From the NCBI GenBank assembly GCA_050015395.1, contig JBEKBM010000002.1:32001-96000 (forward strand): a stretch of 64,000 nucleotides of DNA, read 5' to 3'. The stretch is from Candidatus Bathyarchaeia archaeon. GTDB taxonomy: Archaea > Thermoproteota > Bathyarchaeia > Bathyarchaeales > Bathycorpusculaceae. Both the position numbers and the translations under genes were made by a program. Of the stretch, positions 37,426-47,527 are shown piece by piece. Every line of letters starts with the position of its first letter. The first letter of the stretch is position 1. The notes under the pieces were generated by a model, which made no database searches, was not told the DNA's origin, and saw nothing but the letters and a program-made list of their open reading frames with translations.

Positions 37426-38325
37426 ATGTCTATCAAAGGGAAAAAACTCATGCTAGTGGGCGACAATCCCTTCCATGGAATTAGTCACCTTTCCGCGGAT
37501 AGGGCAAGAGCAAGGGGAAATGAGATAACTAGTTCTGATTATGCCGCCAAATTGGTTCTCACTTCACTTGAAAATGGCGCAGATGGCTTTATGTTTTCAG
37601 TGAGTGAGACCACTCTTTCAACTTTACGGATACTTCGCGAAAAAGTGGGTACCCAATCTCTTGAACTCTATGCAATAGTACCTTATGCCTACGAATATGC
37701 TAGGCTAGCAACGTACTTGGGCACTGTTGGATTAGCCAAGAAATTGGCCAAGCAAATAGTATTCTCAGGCAGCATTGGAGCAATTGGTGCTGGTTTGAAG
37801 TGCATTGCCACAATGGATCCCAAAGATCTCCTTAAGACGTACCTGCTTTATGAGATTTCAAGAATAAAATCCTCCATCGGCGAGAGATTTAGCTTGAAGT
37901 CTGTTATGCTTCATGAAGTAATTACTGAAATGATTTTATCCCTTAACCTATCTTGGCTCGCCAAATCCTTCATAAAATACACAACAGATCTTGGAATAGA
38001 GCCAGGATTTGAAACCCGAAACTTTGCCTATCTTGTAAACAAGTTCCAAGATTGGGAAATTGATTTTAAGGGAATAACGATAGCCGCAACTTTCAACAGA
38101 GTTGGTTTCCAGATGAACCCTTCAAAGGAAGCTTGTGAAGAAGCTTTGGCGAGAATACCTGAATCGAACGTGATTGCAATAAGCATACTTGCATCTGGTT
38201 ACGTGAAGCTATCTGATGCTGCAGAATATATCGCAAGTCTGTCTAACATTAAAGGAGTGGTTGTAGGAGTATCAAAAGAGCAACATGCCACTGAGACCTT
38301 CAAATTTCTTGGACAGAAGTTTTGA
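37426..38325 (+). CDS. Hypothetical alpha/beta protein coupled to the Gfo/Idh/MocA gene
   Basis: LVGDNPFHGISHLS, GFQMNPS motifs; 1-nt spacing. Confidence 0.75.
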   Translation: MSIKGKKLMLVGDNPFHGISHLSADRARARGNEITSSDYAAKLVLTSLENGADGFMFSVSETTLSTLRILREKVGTQSLELYAIVPYAYEYARLATYLGTVGLAKKLAKQIVFSGSIGAIGAGLKCIATMDPKDLLKTYLLYEISRIKSSIGERFSLKSVMLHEVITEMILSLNLSWLAKSFIKYTTDLGIEPGFETRNFAYLVNKFQDWEIDFKGITIAATFNRVGFQMNPSKEACEEALARIPESNVIAISILASGYVKLSDAAEYIASLSNIKGVVVGVSKEQHATETFKFLGQKF

Positions 38326-38494
38326 GAAGTAAAAAGAATCCCTTGAGTTGTCTTCAAATTTGTGGATTTGAATACCGATTGTGAAAAATTAAAAATCTTT
38401 TTGAATTTTCTGTCTTTACTTCCAATTGTTTATGTTTCTACCATTGAAACCTAAAATATTTTTTTGCATAACAAAATAGTGTATTTTTGATTAC

Positions 38495-39679
38495 ATGCTA
38501 GAGATGTTTTTGGTGATTGTTCAGCTGTTGCAGTATTTTGTGATTCTTTGTTTTGCTGTTCCGGTTTGTGTTTTTGGCACATACGGCCTAATTCTTGTTT
38601 ATTACAGGCGTGATCGGAAACAAAATGACGCTAGTTATCTTGACCACGATGGATTTGAACCTATAGTTTCAGTGGTGACTCCTACCCATAATGAAGAGTC
38701 GATTATTTCGAAGAAAATCGAAAATCTGTTGGCTTCGAACTATCCCAGTGACAAAATGGAAATAATATTTGTCGATGATTCAAATGATTCCACTTCCAAA
38801 ATTATTCAAGAATATTCTGAAAAGTTTTCAAACATTCGTCTAATTAAATTCAGGGAACGCATGGGTTACAGTCCTTCTATGTTGGCTGGGATTAAAGCGT
38901 CCACCGGTGAAGTAGTCGTTCTGAGCGATGCTGGTTCATTTCATGACGAAAATACAATTGGCAATCTTGTCAGGCATTTTCGTGACCCACGTATTGGCGC
39001 AGTAACGGGCAGAGACGTAATTGTGAATGCTGATGAAGCGGTCGGAAGTTCAGAAGCATTATACCTAAAAATTTTGAATTTTGTAGGAAATGCAGAGACT
39101 AATATGGACTCCACGTTTTATTTCAAAGGCGAGGCTTCAGCTGTTAGGAAAAGCATAATTGCTGAATTTGAGGGTTGCGGTGCAACCTTCGACACTGCCA
39201 CTGCTCTGTTCGTTAGACAAAAGGGGTTTAGGACAATACTTGATGCCGATGCTAAGTTTTACGAATACGCGCCTAAAACTCCAAACGAAAGAATTAAGCA
39301 GAAGACAATTAGAGCAGCAAACTGGATCAAAATCCTGCTCCAATTCAGAAACATGGCTTTTAAATCAAGATACGGCAAATTCGGTTTGCTAACACTACCA
39401 GCAAACTTTGGAATGCTCGTTATTACGCCATTGGCCATATTGGCAGGAATAGTTTCTCTAGTTGCATTGTCTTTTTTTGACCCATTTTTTTCACTAATCT
39501 TTTTTAGTTTCCTAGGCATAGTCTACTTGCTTTCTTTGATATTCTCCAGGCGTCTTCTTACAAATTTTCTGGAGCTCGAGATTAGTCTGCTCAAAGCGTT
39601 ATACGAGATAGCGTTTACAAAGAAAAAACATGACCAGATTGATACTGTTAAATCAACAAGACGATGGGTAAACTTTTGA
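38495..39679 (+). CDS. Membrane GT2 glycosyltransferase (processive-like)
   Basis: PTHNEE, VDDS, SDAG, QKTIR (QxxRW-like), flanking TMs. Confidence 0.88.
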   Translation: MLEMFLVIVQLLQYFVILCFAVPVCVFGTYGLILVYYRRDRKQNDASYLDHDGFEPIVSVVTPTHNEESIISKKIENLLASNYPSDKMEIIFVDDSNDSTSKIIQEYSEKFSNIRLIKFRERMGYSPSMLAGIKASTGEVVVLSDAGSFHDENTIGNLVRHFRDPRIGAVTGRDVIVNADEAVGSSEALYLKILNFVGNAETNMDSTFYFKGEASAVRKSIIAEFEGCGATFDTATALFVRQKGFRTILDADAKFYEYAPKTPNERIKQKTIRAANWIKILLQFRNMAFKSRYGKFGLLTLPANFGMLVITPLAILAGIVSLVALSFFDPFFSLIFFSFLGIVYLLSLIFSRRLLTNFLELEISLLKALYEIAFTKKKHDQIDTVKSTRRWVNF

Positions 39680-39830
39680 AAGATGAAATTTGTGCGCTAT
39701 AAGAGAATACTTTGGCGATGAGAGTAGTATTTGCTGGTTTTAAGTGTATTGTACCTACCCAGCTAATGTTTGAATGCGATTTTGCCATAGATGCAAGTCT
39801 TGGTTATGAAAATAGTAAACCCAATAAAAA

Positions 39831-40841
39831 ATGAAAAAACATGGAGTTGAGAAAACGGAAAGAATTTTAGTCACTGGTGGAGGCGGCTTCGTCGGGAGTC
39901 ATCTCGCAAGGCGTCTCTACCAGCAAGGCCATTTTGTACGAGTAGCAGACGTAAAATTCGACGACTACATCAAAGAAGAGTACTGCTCAGAAAAACTCGT
40001 TCTCGATCTACGCAACCGAGAAAACTGCATAGAAGCCACAAAAAACATAGACAAAGTTTACAATCTAGCTGCGAACATGGGCGGAATAGGATTCATAACA
40101 GAGATAGGCGCTGAGGTAATGCACGACAACATACTGATAAACACTTTTATGCTTGAAGCATCGAGGCAAAACAAAGTCAAACGCTACCTGTTCACTAGTT
40201 CAGCATGTGTCTACCCAACGTATCGCCAAAAAGATCCGAAAATAAAAGGCTTGAAAGAGGAAGACGCTTGCCCTTCTGACCCAGACAACTTTTACGGTTG
40301 GGAGAAACTCTTTACTGAAAAAATGTGCGAAGCCTACCAACGCGATTACGGCTTAGATATCCGAGTTCTACGTTACCATAACATATACGGTCCAGAGGGA
40401 ACTTACAAGGGTGGCAGAGAAAAATCGCCTGCGGCTTTGTGCAGAAAAGTGGCTGAAACCACAGATCCAGGCATAATCGAGATTTGGGGTGACGGTGAAC
40501 AAACGAGATCTTTCTGCTACGTGGACGACGCTGTAAAAGCCACAGTACTGTTAATGGAATCAGATTACGATAAGCCCATAAACATAGGCTCCGATAGACT
40601 GGTAACAATCAATCAACTAGCAGACATCGCAATAAGAATTTCCGGCAAGAGAATTAGCAAAGAATACAATCTCACCGCTCCGCAAGGCGTCAGAGGAAGA
40701 AACGCTGACTTGACACTTGTCCAGCGCGTTCTGAACTGGCAACCTCAAGTCTCTCTCGAAGAAGGAATGGCAAGAACCTACTATTGGATAAAAGAACAGT
40801 TGTCACACCAAAAGACTAATCCCTTGATCACGAATGCGTAA
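39831..40841 (+). CDS. NAD-dependent epimerase, GDP-mannose 3,5-epimerase-like
   Basis: TGGGGFVG, LAANMGGIGFI, SSACVYP, YGWEK, GGREKSPAALCRK. Confidence 0.85.
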   Translation: MKKHGVEKTERILVTGGGGFVGSHLARRLYQQGHFVRVADVKFDDYIKEEYCSEKLVLDLRNRENCIEATKNIDKVYNLAANMGGIGFITEIGAEVMHDNILINTFMLEASRQNKVKRYLFTSSACVYPTYRQKDPKIKGLKEEDACPSDPDNFYGWEKLFTEKMCEAYQRDYGLDIRVLRYHNIYGPEGTYKGGREKSPAALCRKVAETTDPGIIEIWGDGEQTRSFCYVDDAVKATVLLMESDYDKPINIGSDRLVTINQLADIAIRISGKRISKEYNLTAPQGVRGRNADLTLVQRVLNWQPQVSLEEGMARTYYWIKEQLSHQKTNPLITNA

Positions 40842-41077
40842 CTCTTCAATTTTCATGCGCAAAAACAAAGGACTCTAGCTGTTCGGGCACTTACTGGAAA
40901 ACTGAAAATAGAAGTATGTGATCAAAACGGCTAGAACGGATTTCTTTGTTTACGTTGACGGACTTTTGTCAAAGACGGAAAGATCTTGCTTATGAAACGA
41001 AATCAAACTGTCGCATCTGGGTTTTTAGCAGTTCACTATTACGCACTGATATCTAGAAGAAGCTGACTTTCAAGAGG

Positions 41078-43255
41078 TTGACTTTTAACGTGAGAAAAAC
41101 TGCGTTGGCTATACCAATTCTGACTTTACTAATGATTACCGCAATTTTGCTAAATGCATCGATTTTTAGAGACATAATAGTATTTTTCTACTTATCATTC
41201 ATCCCTGGTTTTGTTCTTCTGAAGATTCTCAAACTCAAGGAAATCAGCTTTCTTGGCATTGTTTTGCTGTCTTTAGGTCTGAGTGTTGCTGTAACTATGT
41301 CGTTGGGATTCTTGGTTAATGAGTTGTATGATATTCTGGGTTTTTCACAACCTCTTTCGATTATTCCATTGACGACTGCTGTGTCCGCGTTTACTTTGAT
41401 GATGTTTTTTGCTGGATATAGGCATGATTTGTCAGGGAATTTTGCTTCCTCGGAAGGTACTAATGGAGAAACAAAAAGGGTCTTAGCCGTTTCGATTATC
41501 TTAGTTCTTCTTCCTTTCCTTGGCATCGTGGGAGCATTGTTTGTAAATGTTCCCATCATGCTTCTTTTGTGCGTAATGATAGCATCTTTATGTGTAATAA
41601 GCGTCGGCTCGAACAAACTTGTCTCTAGCAAGTTCTTCCCACTTTTGATTTTTTCGATTTCCATTGCTATTCTCTTGCTAAATGTCCTACTCTCAAAACG
41701 CATCATTGGCGATGATGCTAATATTGAATATTACGTTTTCAGGTTAACTCAGATTAATCAACATTGGGGTCCTCTTAATGCTGCTGCTAACTCGTATCTT
41801 GCACTTTCTTACAACTCTATGCTGTCCATTACTTTGCTGCCAGAAGTCTATTCTGTTTTGATGAACCTTCAAGGCGAAATAATATTCAAAATTTTGTACC
41901 CCTTCATCTTTTCGCTTGTACCCGTAACTCTCTATGGAATATACGAAAAACAGACTGGCAAACTAATTGGATTCCTTTCAGCGCTTTTCTTTGTTTTTAG
42001 TTTGAACGCTTTTTTTGGCGAGCTGACAACCGTTAACAGGCAAATTGTCGGTGAATTCTTCTTAACGCTCATAATCTTTGTCTGGCTAGAAAAATCTATA
42101 CCGACTAAAACAAAAAGATTGCTTGTGATAATTTTTGGAGCTGCTTTGGCAGTTTCACATTACTCTATTACATACCTCTTTCTAGCTTTTATATCAATTA
42201 TTTTCATCATATCAAAAATAAAGCCGAAATTCGACCAAACGTTTAATGTTGCAACGGTTCTATCTCTTTTTGGAATCACATTCTTATGGTATACGTTCAG
42301 TTCAGGTCAATTGCTGTCCTCGCTCATACGTACAATCCAACTGACTCTGACCGAGTTGACTACAGGATTGGTGCGTCATGCAGCTGGTAGTGCTGCTTCT
42401 ATGACTGGGCTTCCCCAGGTTTTTACAGCTGCATCCTGGATTAATCTGGCACTATCCGGCATGGCTAATTTTTTCATAGTAATAGGGCTTTTTGTTATCA
42501 TTGCACGAACAAAACTAACAGGCTTTTCTAAACAGTATAAAGTATTGTCTATTATTGCTGGAATAGCATTGGCGGTTGCTCTTGCCGCCCCAAGCATTGC
42601 AGCAATTCTGAACTTCACAAGGTTTTACGCCATAACTCTTCTATTTTTATCCCCTTGTTTTGTCATAGGCGGCAAGTTTCTATTTGAAAATAGCGCAAGC
42701 GCGGTGATGAGAATCGGCCACTTTTTTAAGAGGAAAAACGGCTCTAAAAGCACAAACACTAAAGTCGTGCTTTTGCTTGTAGCAGTTCTCCTGAGTGCTT
42801 ATTTTCTTTCACAATCGGGATTCGTAAACTACGTAACTGACGGGGGAATTCATTCTGCAACCCTTGATTTCTACAGAATGAAAGCATCGAACAATCCTCA
42901 AATTGAGATTCAGTTTTACGTTGCTTACATCCCTAATCAGGATGCGTTGAGTTCAGTATGGTTATCAAGTGAGGACGTCAATGCATCATCGTTTGTCTAT
43001 GCTGATACTTTGTCAATGGATCACGTACTATCTAGCTGTGCCTTAATTCCTTCAAACAGGTTACTTCCTTTGTCCAATACGGCAATTCAGGGGCAAAGTT
43101 TCATCTACTTAAGTAGCCTAAATGTTGTGGATGGCATAATATCTAATGGCACTGGATTCTTTAACTCCTCTGAAATTCAGGGATTTCAAAATATTAGCAA
43201 CCAAGTATATTCAAATGGCAATAGCGACATATGGCAGGTCAATAGCTTTGGTTAA
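41078..43255 (+). CDS. DUF2206-like multi-TM protein (putative GT-C fold)
   Basis: Many TMs, IGDDANIEYY, RQ..E, SHYS, RFY motifs. Confidence 0.78.
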   Translation: MTFNVRKTALAIPILTLLMITAILLNASIFRDIIVFFYLSFIPGFVLLKILKLKEISFLGIVLLSLGLSVAVTMSLGFLVNELYDILGFSQPLSIIPLTTAVSAFTLMMFFAGYRHDLSGNFASSEGTNGETKRVLAVSIILVLLPFLGIVGALFVNVPIMLLLCVMIASLCVISVGSNKLVSSKFFPLLIFSISIAILLLNVLLSKRIIGDDANIEYYVFRLTQINQHWGPLNAAANSYLALSYNSMLSITLLPEVYSVLMNLQGEIIFKILYPFIFSLVPVTLYGIYEKQTGKLIGFLSALFFVFSLNAFFGELTTVNRQIVGEFFLTLIIFVWLEKSIPTKTKRLLVIIFGAALAVSHYSITYLFLAFISIIFIISKIKPKFDQTFNVATVLSLFGITFLWYTFSSGQLLSSLIRTIQLTLTELTTGLVRHAAGSAASMTGLPQVFTAASWINLALSGMANFFIVIGLFVIIARTKLTGFSKQYKVLSIIAGIALAVALAAPSIAAILNFTRFYAITLLFLSPCFVIGGKFLFENSASAVMRIGHFFKRKNGSKSTNTKVVLLLVAVLLSAYFLSQSGFVNYVTDGGIHSATLDFYRMKASNNPQIEIQFYVAYIPNQDALSSVWLSSEDVNASSFVYADTLSMDHVLSSCALIPSNRLLPLSNTAIQGQSFIYLSSLNVVDGIISNGTGFFNSSEIQGFQNISNQVYSNGNSDIWQVNSFG

Positions 43256-43340
43256 CTAAGCTACAATCACTTCAGGTATGAAGAAATAAGATCATAAACA
43301 AAATCAAGAAAGTGCAGCTTAAACTTTTCAATGCATTAGT

Positions 43341-44279
43341 GTGATTGAAATGAATACCAAAGTCACCATAGGATTGTGTGTTAAGAATGCCTCGTGCACA
43401 ATAAAATTTGCTTTCAATAGTATAGCCACTCAAGATTATCCGCATGAATTCCTAAAGCTAGTGATTGTTGATAATGGTAGCATCGACAATACTCTATCGC
43501 TTGCGCTAGAATTTGCAAAACAAACAGATATACGAACCTTAGTTGTCTCCAGCAAAGGTAAAGGTCTTGGGGCCTCGAGGCAAATGGCAGTTGATAACGC
43601 CGAAGGTGACTACATAGTATGGGTTGATGACGACTATATACTCCAAAAAGATTTCATAAGAAAACAAACAGAGTTTATGGACAAAAACCCAAATGTTGGT
43701 GCGGCCAGAGGGCTTCATATTCAAAATTCATCTTCTACATTGGTTGGAAGTCTAGCAATTGCAGGTTTTGTTCTGCCCAGTTGGAACTTGCCGAACCCCG
43801 AAACAATCGGTACAGGAGGCGCTATTTTTCGCCTCAAAGCAATAGAAAGAGTGAGAGGATTCGATATTCAAATCAAAGGAGCGGGAGAAGACCAAGACAT
43901 TTCGCAAAGAATAAGAGAGTCAGGGTGGCCTCTAGCAACTAATGTATCAGTAGGAGTCTTAAAGAAGAAACAAGGGGAAACAACTCTAAGGAGTTTATGG
44001 AAACACCAAATTTGGTATGGTTATGGAAACCATTTCCTTTTTCACAAATTCAAGAATCAAAAAATGCTGTTGGATTATAACCCGCCTTACGCTTTGTTGT
44101 ATGGATTCATCACTTCAAAACGGATCTATCACGTAACTAAAAAAAAGAATGTGTTTTTTTTCACAATTCTTTATCCCTTTATCAAAACGGCGCAATTTCT
44201 TGGGTTTATTCGCGCCCATTTAGACGGGTATGGGCACGTCACGGCAGTTAAGACCAAGCCTCAAACATACAAACGCTAA
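43341..44279 (+). CDS. GT2 glycosyltransferase
   Basis: VDNGSIDNT, WVDDD, GED, WYGYG. Confidence 0.9.
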   Translation: MIEMNTKVTIGLCVKNASCTIKFAFNSIATQDYPHEFLKLVIVDNGSIDNTLSLALEFAKQTDIRTLVVSSKGKGLGASRQMAVDNAEGDYIVWVDDDYILQKDFIRKQTEFMDKNPNVGAARGLHIQNSSSTLVGSLAIAGFVLPSWNLPNPETIGTGGAIFRLKAIERVRGFDIQIKGAGEDQDISQRIRESGWPLATNVSVGVLKKKQGETTLRSLWKHQIWYGYGNHFLFHKFKNQKMLLDYNPPYALLYGFITSKRIYHVTKKKNVFFFTILYPFIKTAQFLGFIRAHLDGYGHVTAVKTKPQTYKR

Positions 44280-44418
44280 TTTTTTCTCAAAAGCATTCTA
44301 CGAAATATTTCTCGCATGCAAATCACTGATAGATAAAATTGCTTCAACATGAAGAACCGCATAACAATTCCCAAAAAAATCGAACGATGAAAACAAGCAC
44401 ATACGCGAGGAAAATCGA

Positions 44419-45612
44419 TTGCACGTAGTTCTGCTCTCCCACGAATACCCACCCTACATATTTGGCGGAGTCGCAACCTTTGTAGAAAACCTTGCCCATG
44501 GGCTTCTGAGACAGGGCAATGAAGTTACCGTAATAGCGGGATATCCTGTCCCAAGCAGCGGCTTTAAAAAATTCAAAGCTGACGAAGAGCAAACAGAATC
44601 AGGAATAAACATTATCAGACTCCCATACCCAAACTTTCCTCCAAGGCAACTTTGGTTTCAAGTTTTTAACCTTCCCAAGCTTGTCGAAGTTATCAGATGC
44701 ATCAACCCTGATATAATACATGGACAAAGCGGAGTCGCCTACCCCGCGCTTGTTAAACTTAAAGATTTAGCTCCAACTGTAGTCAGCTACCATACGAACC
44801 CTAAATTGGAGTTAACGCTTAGTCTTTATTCATTGACCAGAGGCGGAAGCTTAAGCGATATCCGCACATACGCTGTGGGCTATCCAGTGTGGGCATATAG
44901 CTTCAAAAAAGAATTCGAAATATCCAACGCTTCCGTCGCGGTCTCTGAAACCCTAATGAATGACCTCCTGCTAAACATGCAAAACGGAAACAGGAAAAAA
45001 ATGCGTTACATTCACAACGGAGTCAACGTAGAAGAGTTAGAAAAAGAATATTCAAGCGTTCAATCTGAAAAAGAAAAAGATAAGCCAATAATCTTTTCGG
45101 CAGGTCGCCTTTACTGGCGCAAAGGAGTTCTCAACCTAATCAAATTAGCACAACTTCTAGAAAAAAAGCATCATCTCAACTACAAAATTGTCGTCCATGG
45201 ATCAGGACCGCTTGCCGGAAAAATGGAGAAGCTAATTCATAAATACGATTTAACCAACATAATCCTCAAAGGCTTCACTACAAGAACTGAATTCTTAAAA
45301 GACATGAAACGAGCGGCTTATGTAGTAATACCCAGCACGTTTGAAGCGTGCCCTATGCTTCTGTTGGAAAGCATGTGTCTAGGAAAAATACCTATTATGT
45401 TTGACCTACCTTACTCGGAAGAGTTGACAAAGCAGGGTGAGTATGGTTTGTTGGCTCGAAACGTTGAGGAAATGTCTGAGAAAATCAAATCTTTCCCGAC
45501 ACAAATCGATGTAGAACACTTCGAAAATAAAATAAAAAAGTTTGCAATAAGACAGTATGATGTGGCGAAAACTGCAACACAGTACTGTGACCTTTACAAA
45601 TCAATTAGTTAG
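44419..45612 (+). CDS. GT4 glycosyltransferase
   Basis: EYPPYIFGG, AGRLYWRKG, EACPMLLLE. Confidence 0.9.
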   Translation: MHVVLLSHEYPPYIFGGVATFVENLAHGLLRQGNEVTVIAGYPVPSSGFKKFKADEEQTESGINIIRLPYPNFPPRQLWFQVFNLPKLVEVIRCINPDIIHGQSGVAYPALVKLKDLAPTVVSYHTNPKLELTLSLYSLTRGGSLSDIRTYAVGYPVWAYSFKKEFEISNASVAVSETLMNDLLLNMQNGNRKKMRYIHNGVNVEELEKEYSSVQSEKEKDKPIIFSAGRLYWRKGVLNLIKLAQLLEKKHHLNYKIVVHGSGPLAGKMEKLIHKYDLTNIILKGFTTRTEFLKDMKRAAYVVIPSTFEACPMLLLESMCLGKIPIMFDLPYSEELTKQGEYGLLARNVEEMSEKIKSFPTQIDVEHFENKIKKFAIRQYDVAKTATQYCDLYKSIS

Positions 45613-45623
45613 AAATTTTCAAT

Positions 45624-45945
45624 TTACCCGAGTCCGATTTGGAGACTATGAGTAGTGCAATAAAGAATTTTCAAATTCAAGCTTTTTATGAAAAAGGTAG
45701 TCATTGCCACTGATCTCCTTGCTCACAGAAATGTTGTGCATAATCAGGAATGCTGCATTTATCTGTGATCAGTGAACCCTGAGGCAATCGCCAAGGGAGA
45801 AGAATTTGCAGTAGCTAACAAGGATAAACTCGAGGGACTGGGGAAGCTGTGGCCGAAGAAAAGTTCTTAGCAGTTACACCTAGGGGAAGGTTGCCGAAGA
45901 CATAGAGCATTATCTTCTTTGGGTTTGATTCGAGATATTCTTTGA
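45624..45945 (+). pseudogene. Decayed 3' fragment paralogous to the GT4 at 47528-48727
   Basis: Colinear similarity to ~48410-48727, incl. cattatcttcttt..gattcgagatattctt; internal stops and frameshifts. Confidence 0.8.
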
Positions 45946-46085
45946 AGGATCAACAATTTTGAGTCTATTCAAAACTTTTTCCATCGATACATCATTGGAT
46001 GTTTATCATTCAGCTATATTTCTTAAGGATGTTAAGAAAGATTCCAGATGAGTCTGCACGATATAAGGCAATGATGGCGAGTTAA

Positions 46086-47240
46086 TTGAATGTACTTTGC
46101 ATTTATCCTGGAATGACCAAAGCGAGAAATGATAACGCTTTCATGCTTACAAAACTTCAAGAAAAAGGCGTGAAACTCGCTGTTATTGCAGGTAAGTCCT
46201 TGGAGCTGAAGGGCGTTGGACAGCTTCCTTCCTATGAGGACATGGACGGTATTCCCGTATTTAGGCTATTCAGAAGCCCTCGCAATATGTTTCTTTTTCC
46301 TCATGAAAAATTAGAAGATATTTTGCAGATAATCAAAAACCTCAAGCCAGATCTTATTTTTTGTTCTCAAGAGCTAAACATGCGGCTAGCCTTGATCATT
46401 AAGAAGTACGTTGACATACCTATAGTGTTGTTGGTTGAAGACGGCGGACGGATTTTTTCAGGTGAGGCTGAATTAGGTATTTTTAATAGAACATTAATGC
46501 CCATTTTTGGGATTCAAAAGGGACCAATGTTCTGGCAATGGTTGTGCAGAAAGGCTTCGGCTCTTATAACTTGTCACCCTCGAGACAAACGATTTTTAGA
46601 TAGATTATCACAATACGGAAAGCCGGTCTATTTTCTTCCATGGCCAACGTATGTACCAGATGATTTTAGGTTTCCATCTATGAGGAAAAGAGAGAGGGGG
46701 GTTTATGTGGGTTCTCTTTATCCCTTCAAAAACACTCAGGAATTTGAGAAAACTTTGCCACGAATTTTAAAAGAGACAAATACAAGGGAATTCTTCGTTG
46801 TGGGACCTGGACCACATGCGAAAATAATAAAAAGGCTTCAGAAGGAGAACCGGAACGCTATAGAGTATGTTAGGGAGCTTTCAAGGACAGATGCCTTATC
46901 TTTAATCGCAAGCAGTTACTATGCGTATACACCTGTAGTGAAAGGCGGTTGGGGGTTCATTGGTGATTGTTGGAGCATGAGAACGCCTATTGTGATGACA
47001 AGTAATGATGGTTATGTTGTCAATAATGAAAACGCGCTAGTAGCTGTAAATGAAAATAGGCTAATTGAGAACATTAACCGCTTATACAATGAAGCAGAAC
47101 TTTTTGAAAAACTGCAGAGGAATGGCTTCAATGAAAGTGAAAGCAGGAAAGCAGAAGTAGTAAGTAATAGCTTATATGGTATACTGGCAAAAACTATTGA
47201 AAATTCTTTTTCACATAACTCTTACGAACACGTGCCTTAA
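46086..47240 (+). CDS. GT4-like glycosyltransferase (atypical C-terminal motif)
   Basis: YVGSLYPFKN, VVGPGP, GWGFIGDCW..TPIV. Confidence 0.8.
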   Translation: MNVLCIYPGMTKARNDNAFMLTKLQEKGVKLAVIAGKSLELKGVGQLPSYEDMDGIPVFRLFRSPRNMFLFPHEKLEDILQIIKNLKPDLIFCSQELNMRLALIIKKYVDIPIVLLVEDGGRIFSGEAELGIFNRTLMPIFGIQKGPMFWQWLCRKASALITCHPRDKRFLDRLSQYGKPVYFLPWPTYVPDDFRFPSMRKRERGVYVGSLYPFKNTQEFEKTLPRILKETNTREFFVVGPGPHAKIIKRLQKENRNAIEYVRELSRTDALSLIASSYYAYTPVVKGGWGFIGDCWSMRTPIVMTSNDGYVVNNENALVAVNENRLIENINRLYNEAELFEKLQRNGFNESESRKAEVVSNSLYGILAKTIENSFSHNSYEHVP

Positions 47241-47527
47241 CGTTCATGTATATGGCTTTTTCGGCACAATGAATTCATGTCTGAAGAAGAAAGAAGGAAA
47301 ACTTGGCAAACTATAGCAAGTTTAGCCAAAAAAATTATACTTTTTGACAGTGATAATGATCGGTATCAGTATGTTTCTGAAATAGACACTGTCCCTGATT
47401 GCAAAGGATTTCATAATTTCATATTTTCATTGAATAGAGAAACTCCGTTGATACTAAAAGATAGTCCACTTATGAAAGGTGCGTTAACAATCTAAATTAG
47501 CTTCACAAACATCGAGAGGGTAAAACA

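Noticed and set aside
47277-47495. 72-aa ORF, plus short ORFs at 7278-7790 and 52008-52401
   Set aside because: No motifs or convincing SD; cannot be distinguished from fragments or noise
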